In this document: positions 33,512-43,334 of the stretch, in pieces | Layout: each line of letters begins with the position of its first letter | Numbering within the stretch: the first letter of the stretch is position 1 | Virus record (IMG/VR): IMGVR_UViG_3300015360_000025 | DNA: 64,000 nucleotides | Strand: one strand, 5' to 3' | From: a virus | Made by a program: the position numbers and the translations under genes | The notes under the pieces: model-generated | Database searches by the model: none | Seen by the model: the letters and a program-made list of their open reading frames with translations, nothing else | What the model was told of the DNA's origin: nothing

Positions 33512-34399
33512 ATGGACGTCAACGCACTCCGTGAACGCCTCGCCAATATGAACCGGAAGACCTCGAAGGGAAACGACATCTGGAAGCCGAAGGATGAGCA
33601 CCAGGTTCGCCTTCTCCAGTACCCGCACGGCGACGACCCCTTCCTCGAACTGAGTTTCCACTACGAGATCGGTGATTCTCCCCCGGTCCTCTGCCCACTG
33701 CAGTTTGGCAAAGAGTGTCCGATCTGCAAGTTTGCAGATCTGCTCAAGGCCTGGAAGGACGAGAACGGCGAGGATAAGCCGGAGAAGATGCGCAAGCAGG
33801 ACTTCGAGCTCTTCAAGAAGATCCAGGCCAAGGCCCGCGTCTACGTGCCGATGGTCGAGCGTGAGAAGGAGTCTGAGGGCGCCAAGTTCTGGGGTATGAC
33901 CCCGGCGCAGGCCCAGCAGGCCCTGGAAGTCTGCCTTGATGGTGACCGTCTTGAAGCGCTCGGGCTCGAGAAGGATGACGCAAAGAATGGTCTCCGCATC
34001 CTGTTCGACGTCGACAAGGGATACGACCTGGCTGTGTCGTTCGCCAAACCGGGAGAGAAAGGGAACGCCAAGACGTTCACCCAGATAACCGTCAAGGGTC
34101 GCATCAAGGGGACGCCGCTCGCGAAGGACAAGGCGTCTGTCAAGAAGATCATGGACAGCGTGAAGAAGATCACCGACGTCTTCCCGGAGGTCTCGACTGC
34201 CGAGGTTGACAAGATCTTCAAGAAGTTCGTGGGAAGCTCGGCAGCTGAAGCCACCCCTGAGGGTGGGACCGAGAAGTACGCCAAGACCGAAGAGGTCAAG
34301 GCTCCGGCGAAGTCGAACACGAAGGAAGATGCCAAGGTGTCAGGCACTCGTTCGATCGACGACGCCTTCGGTGACATGCTCGCCGACGACGCCACCTGA
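33512..34399 (+). CDS. single-stranded DNA-binding protein (T4 gp32-like)
   Basis: WKP.....VRLL, FHY......LCP...G..CPIC, GYDL.V, acidic C-terminal tail. Confidence 0.85.
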   Translation: MDVNALRERLANMNRKTSKGNDIWKPKDEHQVRLLQYPHGDDPFLELSFHYEIGDSPPVLCPLQFGKECPICKFADLLKAWKDENGEDKPEKMRKQDFELFKKIQAKARVYVPMVEREKESEGAKFWGMTPAQAQQALEVCLDGDRLEALGLEKDDAKNGLRILFDVDKGYDLAVSFAKPGEKGNAKTFTQITVKGRIKGTPLAKDKASVKKIMDSVKKITDVFPEVSTAEVDKIFKKFVGSSAAEATPEGGTEKYAKTEEVKAPAKSNTKEDAKVSGTRSIDDAFGDMLADDAT

Positions 34400-34407
34400 T
34401 TCAAACG

Positions 34408-34440
34408 AGCGAGGGGACTCAACATCCCCTCGCTTTCTCT
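34408..34440 (+). terminator. rho-independent terminator after SSB
   Basis: AGCGAGGGGA-CTCAACA-TCCCCTCGCT 10-bp stem followed by TTCTCT. Confidence 0.8.
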
Positions 34441-34458
34441 CGTTCAAGGAGGAACGAC

Positions 34459-34941
34459 ATGCCACAGTTTTACGTCGTGAAAGGGATCGGTGGAGGATTC
34501 GACGGTCTCGTGATTGAAGGCGAGTCTCTGGCTCACGCAGATCTGATTGCCGTCCAGAAGATTATCGATCGTGATTCTGTCGTTGGTGACAGGAATGTCG
34601 CCCTCCCGATCCCGAACAAAGGTCTATTCATCGGACGGGAGTTTCTCGATGAGATCGAAGATCCTGGGATTCGTGAATTCTCGTCGACAAACCCGTACGG
34701 AAAGCTACAGCTGGAGGGGAGGATGGACTGCGGCGGATTGCAGGTTGTCTACGCTCAGTACGAGCTCACCCTGACTGTCGTCGTCACCGACATGGTGGCA
34801 AAGAGGACGGTCCTCTCACAGAACTTCTCGAAGGACTTCGACAAGGTGAAGGCGAAGATCGAGGAGTGTCTCAAACAGGCAGATGCCGAAGACTTGGTCT
34901 TCCAGCTTCGCGCCCTCAAGGAGGCCGAAGTCAATGGCTAA
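34459..34941 (+). CDS. hypothetical protein
   Basis: 160 aa, RBS AAGGAGG. Confidence 0.7.
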   Translation: MPQFYVVKGIGGGFDGLVIEGESLAHADLIAVQKIIDRDSVVGDRNVALPIPNKGLFIGREFLDEIEDPGIREFSSTNPYGKLQLEGRMDCGGLQVVYAQYELTLTVVVTDMVAKRTVLSQNFSKDFDKVKAKIEECLKQADAEDLVFQLRALKEAEVNG

Positions 34942-36169
34942 GAAAGACAAGGAAGAGAAAGAGTCCAAGAAGGACCGAGCACCAGTCGAAAAAGAACTCG
35001 ATTCCCTCAAGCTCAGCAAGCTTCTCATCGGGGAACTGAACAAGGACCAGGACAAGACGGGGAAGGTCGCCTGGTGTCTTGCCACTGACGAGGACAACCC
35101 GACCGAGGTGAAGGAATTCATCAGCACAGGGTCGGTCCTTCTCGACTACATCATCTCCAACAGGAAGAACGGAGGGATCCCGGTAGGGAAGCTGACCGAG
35201 ATCTCTGGTGAAGAGGCGTCTGGTAAGTCGCTCCTCGTCGCTCACCTCATCGCCGAGACCCAACGTCGTGGCGGCATTGCGGCGTACATCGACGTGGAGA
35301 ACTCGGCTAACCCTGAGTTCATGGTCCGCCTGGGGGTGAACATCAAGGAGATGATTTATCTTCAACCACAGACCGTCGAGGAGGTCGGAGAGATGATCGA
35401 GAAGATCATCATCATGACACGTACCCGTGCTCCAGACAAGCTGGTGCTCATCGCCTGGGACTCCATCGCGGCGACCCCATGCAAGTGCGAGATCGAGGGA
35501 GACTTCGAGATAGGCATGGATCTGCAGCTGGCCAAGTCGAAGGTGCTCGCGAAGATGATGCGGAAGATCACCGAGACGCTTGGCAAGGAGCGGATCGCTC
35601 TGGTCTTCACGAACCAGTTAAAGACCAAGATCGGCGTCATGTACGGTGACCCGATGACTACCCCGGGTGGGAAGGCTGTCCCATACCATTCGTCTGTTCG
35701 TATCCGCCTGAACGGTGGTGCAAAGCAAAAGGACGACAAGACAGAGCAGATTTACGGGGTTCACACGACCGCCAAGATCGTGAAGAACCGCATGGGCCCA
35801 CCGTGGCGTAAGTGCGAGTTCGACATCCTCTTCGCCTCAGGGATCGACGACGAGAGCTCATGGTTGCAGCGCCTTCACGAGTGCGAAGAGGTGTTCAAAC
35901 AGGGCGGATGGTGTTACCTTTCCTCCTTCCCATCCGGGAAGATCCAGGAGAAGGGCGTTCACGCCGGCAAGGACCTCGGCATTTCTTTCCAGGAGAGCGG
36001 CTGGACAGAGATCCTCAAGAGACCGGAGGTCAGGAAGTGCGTCCTCGGTTTGCTGGAGAAACACATGATCGTCCGCTACGGCGAGAAGCCGAAGGATGTC
36101 CTACTCGATCCGGAATCTCTAATGGATTCAGAAGCCGTGCAGGAGGCGGTCGTCAATGGCGACATTTGA
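34934..36169 (+). CDS. recA: RecA/UvsX recombinase
   Basis: ISTGS..LDY, Walker A GEEASGKS, YIDVE, WDSIAA, VFTNQLKTKIG.MYGDP.TTPGG.A..YH.SVRI. Start moved to ATG 34934. Confidence 0.95.
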   Translation: MAKKDKEEKESKKDRAPVEKELDSLKLSKLLIGELNKDQDKTGKVAWCLATDEDNPTEVKEFISTGSVLLDYIISNRKNGGIPVGKLTEISGEEASGKSLLVAHLIAETQRRGGIAAYIDVENSANPEFMVRLGVNIKEMIYLQPQTVEEVGEMIEKIIIMTRTRAPDKLVLIAWDSIAATPCKCEIEGDFEIGMDLQLAKSKVLAKMMRKITETLGKERIALVFTNQLKTKIGVMYGDPMTTPGGKAVPYHSSVRIRLNGGAKQKDDKTEQIYGVHTTAKIVKNRMGPPWRKCEFDILFASGIDDESSWLQRLHECEEVFKQGGWCYLSSFPSGKIQEKGVHAGKDLGISFQESGWTEILKRPEVRKCVLGLLEKHMIVRYGEKPKDVLLDPESLMDSEAVQEAVVNGDI

Positions 36170-36434
36170 GCTCGACAAGTACGAGTCTGACCTGTATGAG
36201 GTATGGGTTCAGAAGCACTTGGACGAGTCCCATGACGGGCAGTTTCCGTACAGCGGAGCCATCGGCGGACTCTTTTCCTTTGTCGTGACCTGGACAAGCC
36301 TGGGAACGATCGTGAGTGTCCGCTGTGGACTCTGCGAATCAAAGTTGATTGGAAAAGAGACGAGCGAGAAGATGCACGAGAGGACGAACAAAGACTCGTA
36401 CTCTCACTGTCTAACCAATTTCGACGACTGGTAA
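36156..36434 (+). CDS. hypothetical protein
   Basis: 92 aa with the GAIGG..SF....TSLG..V.V.C motif often seen in small phage ORFs. Confidence 0.6.
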   Translation: MATFELDKYESDLYEVWVQKHLDESHDGQFPYSGAIGGLFSFVVTWTSLGTIVSVRCGLCESKLIGKETSEKMHERTNKDSYSHCLTNFDDW

Positions 36435-36437
36435 CCA

Positions 36438-36989
36438 ATGCCAATCTTCAAGCCAGCGCAGGTGATCCGATTCACCTACATCCAGAAGATAGTCGACGAA
36501 GACACCGGTGATCGTTTCAAGGAAGTATTCGTGCTCAATCCCAGCTGGCAGGGGAAGATGCACGGAATCGATCTGAAGCGCCTGACGGCTGCCGAACGGC
36601 AGGTTCTCACGGCGATCTTCGATCCAAAGACGAAGAAGGGGATGTCCCGCATCCCGATGGTGAATGACATCTTGAGGCGTATGAATCCGCGTCTTGAAGT
36701 GAAGAACCCAATGTCGTTCTACCAGAAATTCGTGAAGGTGTTCCTCAGGAACAAGGACGCCTACCGGGTGTACGAGACACCGAAGATGCTGAATGTTACG
36801 GTCGTGAAGCAGACGGAGGTCCAGGGTGGTGTCACCAATCCGACTCCTCTGTTCCATAAGGTCGAGACAAAGGCTCCGGTCGATCAGGCGGCCCGCATGG
36901 CCCTGATCAAGAAGGTCGCCGGTGAGAAGGGTGTAGGCGTGTCCTCGAAAGCCGCGGCCCCCGGTGGCGGAGTATTCAAGAAGATATGA
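36438..36989 (+). CDS. hypothetical protein
   Basis: 183-aa ORF, operonic spacing. Confidence 0.65.
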   Translation: MPIFKPAQVIRFTYIQKIVDEDTGDRFKEVFVLNPSWQGKMHGIDLKRLTAAERQVLTAIFDPKTKKGMSRIPMVNDILRRMNPRLEVKNPMSFYQKFVKVFLRNKDAYRVYETPKMLNVTVVKQTEVQGGVTNPTPLFHKVETKAPVDQAARMALIKKVAGEKGVGVSSKAAAPGGGVFKKI

Positions 36990-37201
36990 TTCTGTCTCAC
37001 CTCTCGATGAAAGCCTTCCTGCTGCTCAAGGGCAGGAAAGAAGACACGAAAGGTCCGGCGTGCGGGAACAAGATAGGTTTTAATTCGGTTATGGTAGACG
37101 ATGATGGGCAGATCATCAAGACCGCTCCTGTAAACTGTCCGACGTGTGTCTCGGTCATGAGAGGTCTCAATGTCGACAATTCCCAAGATCCTGATCATTG
37201 A
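36986..37201 (+). CDS. small hypothetical protein (Cys-containing)
   Basis: 71 aa, overlaps both neighbours, contains PACG and CPTC. Confidence 0.45.
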   Translation: MILSHLSMKAFLLLKGRKEDTKGPACGNKIGFNSVMVDDDGQIIKTAPVNCPTCVSVMRGLNVDNSQDPDH

Positions 37202-38132
37202 TGGACTCAACATCTTCATCAGGTGTTTCGTCGTCGTACCGACGATGGATACGAACGGCGATCCCATCGGTGGCATCGTCGGGTTCCTCAAGAGCATGAA
37301 GGCGCAGATCCGTGAGGTGCAACCAGACCGTGTCGTCGTGGCCTGGGACGGCGATGGTGGATCACAGCGTCGACGAGGTGTTTACTCAGATTACAAAGAG
37401 GGGCGTCGGGTACGATTAAACCGTGAGCTTGGTACCGAGGGTGCACAGATTGAACAGGAGAACATGAGGAGCCAACTGAAACGACTCAAACAGTTCCTCG
37501 AGCTCGTTGGCGCCGTCCAGATTGAAGTGGAAGACATCGAAGCGGATGACGTGATCGCGTTTCTCTGTAAGTTCGTCTTCGCCGACAACGAGAAGGTCGT
37601 CGTCACTTCAGATCGGGATATGCTCCAGTTGGTTGACAATCTGACGTTGGTCTATTCTCCGACGAAGAAGATGTACTGGACCCGTGCCGAGATGATGGAA
37701 AAGATGAACGTCATGCCGGAGAACTATATCTTTGTCAAGGCCTTGATGGGCGACTGCAGCGATAACATCAAGGGGATGGGGGGGATCGGGGAGAAGACTG
37801 CTCTCAAGCTCTTCCCTTTCTTGTCTGAGCATGAATCTAGTCTCGAAGAAATTCGGACTCATGCGGAAGCAAACGTCACCAACGGGCCTAAGTACAAGAG
37901 CATACTTGATCAGTGGGATCGTCTTCTGGAGAACGTACAACTGATGCAACTCTCACATCCAATCATCAGTTCGCAGTCTGCCAGGACGGTCAGGATCTCC
38001 GCCACTGAACAGAAACCGAAGTTTAATTTTACGGAGCTAAAACTTAACTTCGCCCGTCATGGGATTCAAGTCGTCGACCAGGACATGTTCTCAGTTCTCA
38101 AGGCGTACCAACTCCGGGCGACCGCGTCATGA
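37170..38132 (+). CDS. 5'-3' exonuclease/flap endonuclease (T4 RNase H-like)
   Basis: IIDGLN, VAWDG.GGS.RR...Y.DYK..R, EADD.IA, SDRD.LQL, ALMGD.SDNI.G..GIG.KTA. Confidence 0.93.
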   Translation: MSTIPKILIIDGLNIFIRCFVVVPTMDTNGDPIGGIVGFLKSMKAQIREVQPDRVVVAWDGDGGSQRRRGVYSDYKEGRRVRLNRELGTEGAQIEQENMRSQLKRLKQFLELVGAVQIEVEDIEADDVIAFLCKFVFADNEKVVVTSDRDMLQLVDNLTLVYSPTKKMYWTRAEMMEKMNVMPENYIFVKALMGDCSDNIKGMGGIGEKTALKLFPFLSEHESSLEEIRTHAEANVTNGPKYKSILDQWDRLLENVQLMQLSHPIISSQSARTVRISATEQKPKFNFTELKLNFARHGIQVVDQDMFSVLKAYQLRATAS

Positions 38133-38914
38133 GCATCCTCGATCAGTACTTTCAGATCTTCAGCGAAGGGGCGAGTGACCAACAGTTCCGCCAAAGGGCC
38201 ATCGACATTGGTCGGAGGGTGCAGGTTGCCCTACGAAACATCCCCGTCGCCAAGTTGGGTGTATCCAAGGGGCCTGAGAAAAACATCGTGGTGAACATCG
38301 GAGAGCTTCTGACAGATCCTGAACTGACCGACCTCGATATCCATTTTGTCAAGAAGGTCGAGAATGTCGAAGCTGGCAAGAAGAATTTGGATCGACGGGC
38401 CCAGTTCAAGGGTGGGACGGTCAGTTCTCCAAACAAACGGATCGAGATCTACGTCGAGCTCCCACCCGATGTCGTCAGTAAGCTGACTCCAGAGAAGTGG
38501 AAGGGTCTTGTGGCATCACACGGCGAGAAGATCATGGATCGGGCCAAGGAACTCTTCTGGCACGAGTTCATCCATTACATGGACTATAACCGCATCCACC
38601 CACAGGATCCAAAAAGACGGAGCCAGGTCTTTAAAAAGAAGGGCGATGACAAAAAGTCTTACTTCAACAATCCCCTGGAACTTAATGCGTTTATACAACA
38701 GGGTCTCAGTAGGGTGGAAAACCATTTAACAAGCGTAGGCAGCAGGGCTGAGGTGATGAAGGTTATCGGGAAGTCGGCCGATGAATTCTACAAGACCATG
38801 CTCAAGCTTCTGTCCCCAGGCTTTGCCAAAAATTTGACTGACCAGAACAAGAACAAGTTGAAGAAACGGGTGGCCCAGATGTGGACGGACACAATGAAGC
38901 GGTTCGGAGGATGA
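38129..38914 (+). CDS. HExxH-containing protein, possible internal head metallopeptidase
   Basis: FWHEFIHYMDY and Y.NNP.E.NA motifs, short N-terminal leader ending IFSE-G. Confidence 0.6.
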   Translation: MSILDQYFQIFSEGASDQQFRQRAIDIGRRVQVALRNIPVAKLGVSKGPEKNIVVNIGELLTDPELTDLDIHFVKKVENVEAGKKNLDRRAQFKGGTVSSPNKRIEIYVELPPDVVSKLTPEKWKGLVASHGEKIMDRAKELFWHEFIHYMDYNRIHPQDPKRRSQVFKKKGDDKKSYFNNPLELNAFIQQGLSRVENHLTSVGSRAEVMKVIGKSADEFYKTMLKLLSPGFAKNLTDQNKNKLKKRVAQMWTDTMKRFGG

Positions 38915-38916
38915 CG

Positions 38917-40320
38917 ATGGAACCAGAGCAGACGGCAGCAGAGGTGACGGAAACTTTCTCGAAGATGGGAAAGACGTACCAAGAGAAAGTTGTGCAGGCT
39001 TTGCTGCAGGACTACCAGTTCGCCGAGCAGATGGCTGACGTCCTCCAATCGAAATACTTCGATCTCAAGTATCTCCAGGAGATCGTCCAGAGCTTTTACG
39101 ATCACAAGAACAAGTACAAGACGTACCCGTCTCCTGACATCCTGGACGTGATGCTGACCCGTCAGGACGACAGCACTGACGCCGTCGTCAACCAGCAGGT
39201 TCGGGAATACCTCGATCGTTCCAAGAAGACCCCGCTCAACGGCGACAAGGGTTTCATCGAGGAGAGTTCACTTGAGTTCTGCAAGAAGCAGAGCTTGAAA
39301 GATGGACTCATGGAAGCCATCAACATGATGGAGAGCGGCAAGTTTGACTCCATTCAGTCCGTCATCAAGGATGCTCTCAACAAGGGTGGAGCCAGAGATC
39401 TCGGACACGACTACAATGAGGGGTTTGACTACCGTAGCAAGCGCTCCATCCGGAAGCCGATCTCGACCGGTTGGCCAACTGTCGATAAGGAGTTCAACGG
39501 TGGCTGGGAACGCCAGACTCTGACGACTTTTATTGGTGGCACCGGATCTGGCAAGTCCATGTTCCTGGTCAACTGTTCCGCCGCAGGCGTGGCACAGGGA
39601 CTGAACGTTCTGTACGTAACCCTGGAGATGGCGGACTACAAGATCGGTCTGCGTCACGACTCGTACTTCTCAGGGATCGAGATCAACAGCGTCCCTGACC
39701 ACAAAGAGAAGGTCGAGGCCGACGTCCGAGGCGCAGTTAAGGGTCGGCTCATGATCAAGGAGTTCGCCACCAAGACGGCGACCGTCCAGACTCTGCGAGC
39801 CTACATCCAGCGCCTGGTGTCCACCAAAGGATTCGTTCCGGACATGGTGGTGGTGGACTACGCTGACCTCATGCGTGGATCCCGTTCGTATGGCGACCAC
39901 CGTTTTGAGTTGGCTGGAGTTTACGAGGAACTTCGCGCCCTTGCCCAGGAGCTGAACGTCGTCCTCATCACGGCGGACCAGACCAACCGCGGCGGCATGA
40001 ACGAAGAGATCGTCACCCTTTCGTCCATCGCGGAGAGCTTCGCCAAGGCTACCGTTTGTGATGTGATCATCACGATTAGTCGTCGGATGGAAGACAAACA
40101 GTCGAACATGGGACGGCTTTTCATTGCCAAGTCCCGCCTCGGCCGGGACGGAATCGTTCTTCCGTTTACCCTCAACACCGCGACTGTCAAGGTCACCGTG
40201 CTTCAGCATGGGGATGATCCGATCGCCATGTTCATGGAGAACAATCAGAACAGGAAGGAAGTTCTCGCCGATCGCTACAATAAACTCATCTCTGGCAAGA
40301 CCGGCACAGCCGACAAGTGA
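38917..40320 (+). CDS. dnaB: replicative DNA helicase (DnaB/T4 gp41-like)
   Basis: Walker A GGTGSGKS, YVTLEM, VVDYADLM, TADQTNR, SRLG.DG. GGAGG RBS favours ATG 38917 (38911 possible). Confidence 0.92.
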   Translation: MEPEQTAAEVTETFSKMGKTYQEKVVQALLQDYQFAEQMADVLQSKYFDLKYLQEIVQSFYDHKNKYKTYPSPDILDVMLTRQDDSTDAVVNQQVREYLDRSKKTPLNGDKGFIEESSLEFCKKQSLKDGLMEAINMMESGKFDSIQSVIKDALNKGGARDLGHDYNEGFDYRSKRSIRKPISTGWPTVDKEFNGGWERQTLTTFIGGTGSGKSMFLVNCSAAGVAQGLNVLYVTLEMADYKIGLRHDSYFSGIEINSVPDHKEKVEADVRGAVKGRLMIKEFATKTATVQTLRAYIQRLVSTKGFVPDMVVVDYADLMRGSRSYGDHRFELAGVYEELRALAQELNVVLITADQTNRGGMNEEIVTLSSIAESFAKATVCDVIITISRRMEDKQSNMGRLFIAKSRLGRDGIVLPFTLNTATVKVTVLQHGDDPIAMFMENNQNRKEVLADRYNKLISGKTGTADK

Positions 40321-40335
40321 AAGGAGCTCAGAAAC

Positions 40336-43056
40336 ATGACCACGGAAATCTACGAGCCGGCTGGCTTTGCGCTGGAGATATTCAAGAAGAGGTACGCCAG
40401 ACACGAGAATGAAAGCTGGCAGGAGGCATGCGATCGTGTGGCTTCCCACATGGCTGCAGCCGAAACGAACGGTCACGTCGCCGAGTACAAAGAACTCTTC
40501 AGTGACATCCTGAAGAAGAATCTCTTCTTTCCTGGCGGACGAATCTGGTACGGATCTGGCAGACCGAAAGCCCAACTCCTGAACTGTTTTGTCATACCTA
40601 CGAAGGATAGTCGCGAAGGTTGGGGAAAAACACTCCACGACACTGTGGTGATTTCAGGAACTGGAGGAGGAGTCGGTTGTAACTACTCTCCCACCCGTCC
40701 GAGAAACTCAAAGATTGAAGGGACCGGAGGAATAGCGACCGGTGCCGTCAGTGAAATGCGGATGGTGAATAGCATCGGAGACGAGCTCAAGGCTGGAGGT
40801 GGTCGCCGTATCGCTCTGATGATGGCTCTGAACCTGACGCACGGAGACATCCTAGAGTTCCTCGACGCCAAGCTCGACAAGAACCAGCTGAACAACGCCA
40901 ATGTCAGTGTCATCTTCGATGAGGATCCAGAGCGTTTCTTCAAGTTGGTCAAAGAGGAAGGTATCCTCGAACTCAAGCATAACGGCAAAGTCGTTGGCTC
41001 CGCTTCGGCCAAAGAGCTCTGGCACAAGATCGTCAGCAACGCGCTGAAGGGTGGTGAGCCAGGCCTTCTGAATGGCTACCTCGCCAACAAGATGTCAAAC
41101 ATCTGGTACTTCAGACCACTCATCTGTACGAATCCGTGTATCACCGGTGACACTCTTATCGCCGTCGCGGACGGGAGAAATGCCGTCAGCATCAAACAGC
41201 TCGCTGACGAAGGCAATAACGTCCCTGTCTACTCGACGAATGTCGAGACCGGGCAGGTCGAAATCAAGACCGGGCGGAACCCTAGAAAGACCGGCGCGTC
41301 GAAAGAAGTCTGGAAACTCACGCTTGATGACGGTTCTATTCTCCGAGCGACACCGAATCACAAGATTATGAGACTTGACAGACAGTATGTCGAGCTGAAA
41401 GACCTGAAGCCCGGAGACAGTGTGTTCCCGTTTAACACGTTCAGTTCGAACGGCTACAGACAGGTTTGTGGTACGGGTGCACAGATGTCAGGAGGAGCTC
41501 GCAGGAATCGTAGGCAGTACAGACTGATTAACGAGTTCTTCAACGGGCCGACGGACGCGAAACGCTTCGCTATCCATCACGCCAACTTCGACTGTACTGA
41601 CGATAGCATCGATAACTTGAAGATGTTGGAACACGAAGAACACCGGCGTCTTCACACCGAGAAGATGATGGGAGCGAAGAACCAATATCATCGAATGGAC
41701 GAGCAGTGGAAGAATGACTTCGCTTCTCACCCCGGAGAAGAGAACGGTCGTTTTTCGGGACACACGAACGAGGAACTTGTCGTCGAAGGACGTGAGGTCT
41801 TCGAAAAGAACGGGAAGTTGACGCAGGAACTCTGGGTCGAGCACGCGGAGAACAAGGGTCTTCCACAGTTTCTCGGCAACGACTTCCGATTTGGGTCATT
41901 CACGAATTTCAGGAACCAGGTCGTGACCAATCACCGGGTCGTCTCTGTCGAGTTTGACTGTCACGAAGATGTCTACAACATCACCGTCGATGACAATCAC
42001 AACTACCATGTCGTCACTAGCGGAGACGGCGAAAAGAACGTCGTGTCTTCTGGTCTCTGCGTCAAGAATTGCGGGGAGATCTGGCTGGTCGAGTACGACT
42101 GCTGTGACCTCGGTTCGCTCGTGCTTCCTCGGTTCATCTACAATGATGGTGGTAAGCTGAAGATCGATCGTCCTCTTATGAAGAGGGTCATCAGCATCGC
42201 GATCAGATTTCTCGACAACGTCCTGACCGCGAACAACTACCCGATGCTTGAGATCAAGGAGATGTGTTCCATGATCCGTAGAATCGGTCTTGGTGTCACC
42301 GGACTTGACACGATGCTGATGGAGTTAGGGCTGAAGTACAACTCTTCCGAAGCTCTCGAGTACGTCGACAGCTTGATGAACTTCATCAAGAACTGCGCCT
42401 ACGAGGCAGGTATCGAGCTCGCCAAAGAGAAGGGAAGCTTCCCGGCATTCGACGCCGAGAAGTTCCTGCAGAGTGGATTCATGAAGACCATGAAGCCTTC
42501 TATCAGGAGTGACATCCGAAAGCACGGGATCAGGTTCTGCGCTGGCCTTACCTTACCACCTGTCGGTACAGGTTCGATGGTCTGCAACGTCGACAGCGGG
42601 ATCGAGAAGGCCTTCGGTCCGGCATGGAACCGCTGCTTCCGAGATGGGGACAACCTCAAGAATGAGATCGTTATCCATCCAATCTTCAAGAGGAAGTATC
42701 TTGCTGGAGAAGATGTCTCTCACTTCCAGACCGTCTGGGACCTGAGCATGCGTGACCATTTCGAGATGCAACGGGTCTGCCAGAAGCACATCGACAACGC
42801 GGTTAGTAAGACGATCAACCTCCCTCCAGGAACGTCCATCCAGGAGCTCTCAGAACTCTACATGGAGTTCTTCCCTGATCTCAAGGGTGTGACCGTGTAC
42901 CCCGAGGGCAGCCGAGAGAACCAACCAATCACTCCACTCTCTGTTGCCGACGCAATCGCCCACATCGATGCCGAGGTAGCCGCAGGTCCAACCAGCGACG
43001 ACTCGTGCCGTGGTGGGGTTTGTGATGTCCCGTGGGCCAAAGATGTGGTAAAATAA
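40336..43056 (+). CDS. nrdJ: ribonucleotide reductase, class II-like, containing an intein
   Basis: PGGRI, LLNCFV, GGVG, EPG. NPC/GEI is split by the intein. C.LGS, RRIGLG..G, P.GT.S, IDNAVSKTINLP. No beta subunit nearby. Confidence 0.85.
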   Translation: MTTEIYEPAGFALEIFKKRYARHENESWQEACDRVASHMAAAETNGHVAEYKELFSDILKKNLFFPGGRIWYGSGRPKAQLLNCFVIPTKDSREGWGKTLHDTVVISGTGGGVGCNYSPTRPRNSKIEGTGGIATGAVSEMRMVNSIGDELKAGGGRRIALMMALNLTHGDILEFLDAKLDKNQLNNANVSVIFDEDPERFFKLVKEEGILELKHNGKVVGSASAKELWHKIVSNALKGGEPGLLNGYLANKMSNIWYFRPLICTNPCITGDTLIAVADGRNAVSIKQLADEGNNVPVYSTNVETGQVEIKTGRNPRKTGASKEVWKLTLDDGSILRATPNHKIMRLDRQYVELKDLKPGDSVFPFNTFSSNGYRQVCGTGAQMSGGARRNRRQYRLINEFFNGPTDAKRFAIHHANFDCTDDSIDNLKMLEHEEHRRLHTEKMMGAKNQYHRMDEQWKNDFASHPGEENGRFSGHTNEELVVEGREVFEKNGKLTQELWVEHAENKGLPQFLGNDFRFGSFTNFRNQVVTNHRVVSVEFDCHEDVYNITVDDNHNYHVVTSGDGEKNVVSSGLCVKNCGEIWLVEYDCCDLGSLVLPRFIYNDGGKLKIDRPLMKRVISIAIRFLDNVLTANNYPMLEIKEMCSMIRRIGLGVTGLDTMLMELGLKYNSSEALEYVDSLMNFIKNCAYEAGIELAKEKGSFPAFDAEKFLQSGFMKTMKPSIRSDIRKHGIRFCAGLTLPPVGTGSMVCNVDSGIEKAFGPAWNRCFRDGDNLKNEIVIHPIFKRKYLAGEDVSHFQTVWDLSMRDHFEMQRVCQKHIDNAVSKTINLPPGTSIQELSELYMEFFPDLKGVTVYPEGSRENQPITPLSVADAIAHIDAEVAAGPTSDDSCRGGVCDVPWAKDVVK
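41137..42069 (+). mobile_element. intein with HNH homing endonuclease (311 aa)
   Basis: Starts CITGDTLI, block B LRATPNHKI, HNH IHH.N....D...NL..L...EH..LH, ends DVYNITVDDNHNY...VKN followed by extein Cys. Confidence 0.92.
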
Positions 43057-43062
43057 GAGCAG

Positions 43063-43331
43063 GTGTCAGCTAAACCCGGGTCAACACCATGGAACAAAGG
43101 TTTAACAAGAGAAACGGATCCTCGTTTGCGCGGAGCTTCTGAAAAGAATAAGGGGAAGAAAAGAACTGAAGAGCAGAAACGGAGAATAGGCATCGGTACT
43201 AAGTTGGCAAATGGCACGTCGATCATATCAGAGGGATTTCTACTTTTCCTGTTGGAATTCTAGCAAGCATTGTGAATGCCCTCGATAATCTTCAACCTTT
43301 GTGGGAAGAAGAAAATTTAAGGAATGGGTGA
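43063..43331 (+). pseudogene. frameshifted NUMOD3-HNH homing endonuclease remnant
   Basis: Frame 1: PWNKGLT...GKKRTEEQKRRIG. From 43203 another frame reads VGKWHVDHIRGISTF...NALDNLQPLWEEENLRNG* and has no start. Confidence 0.75.
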
Positions 43332-43334
43332 TTG

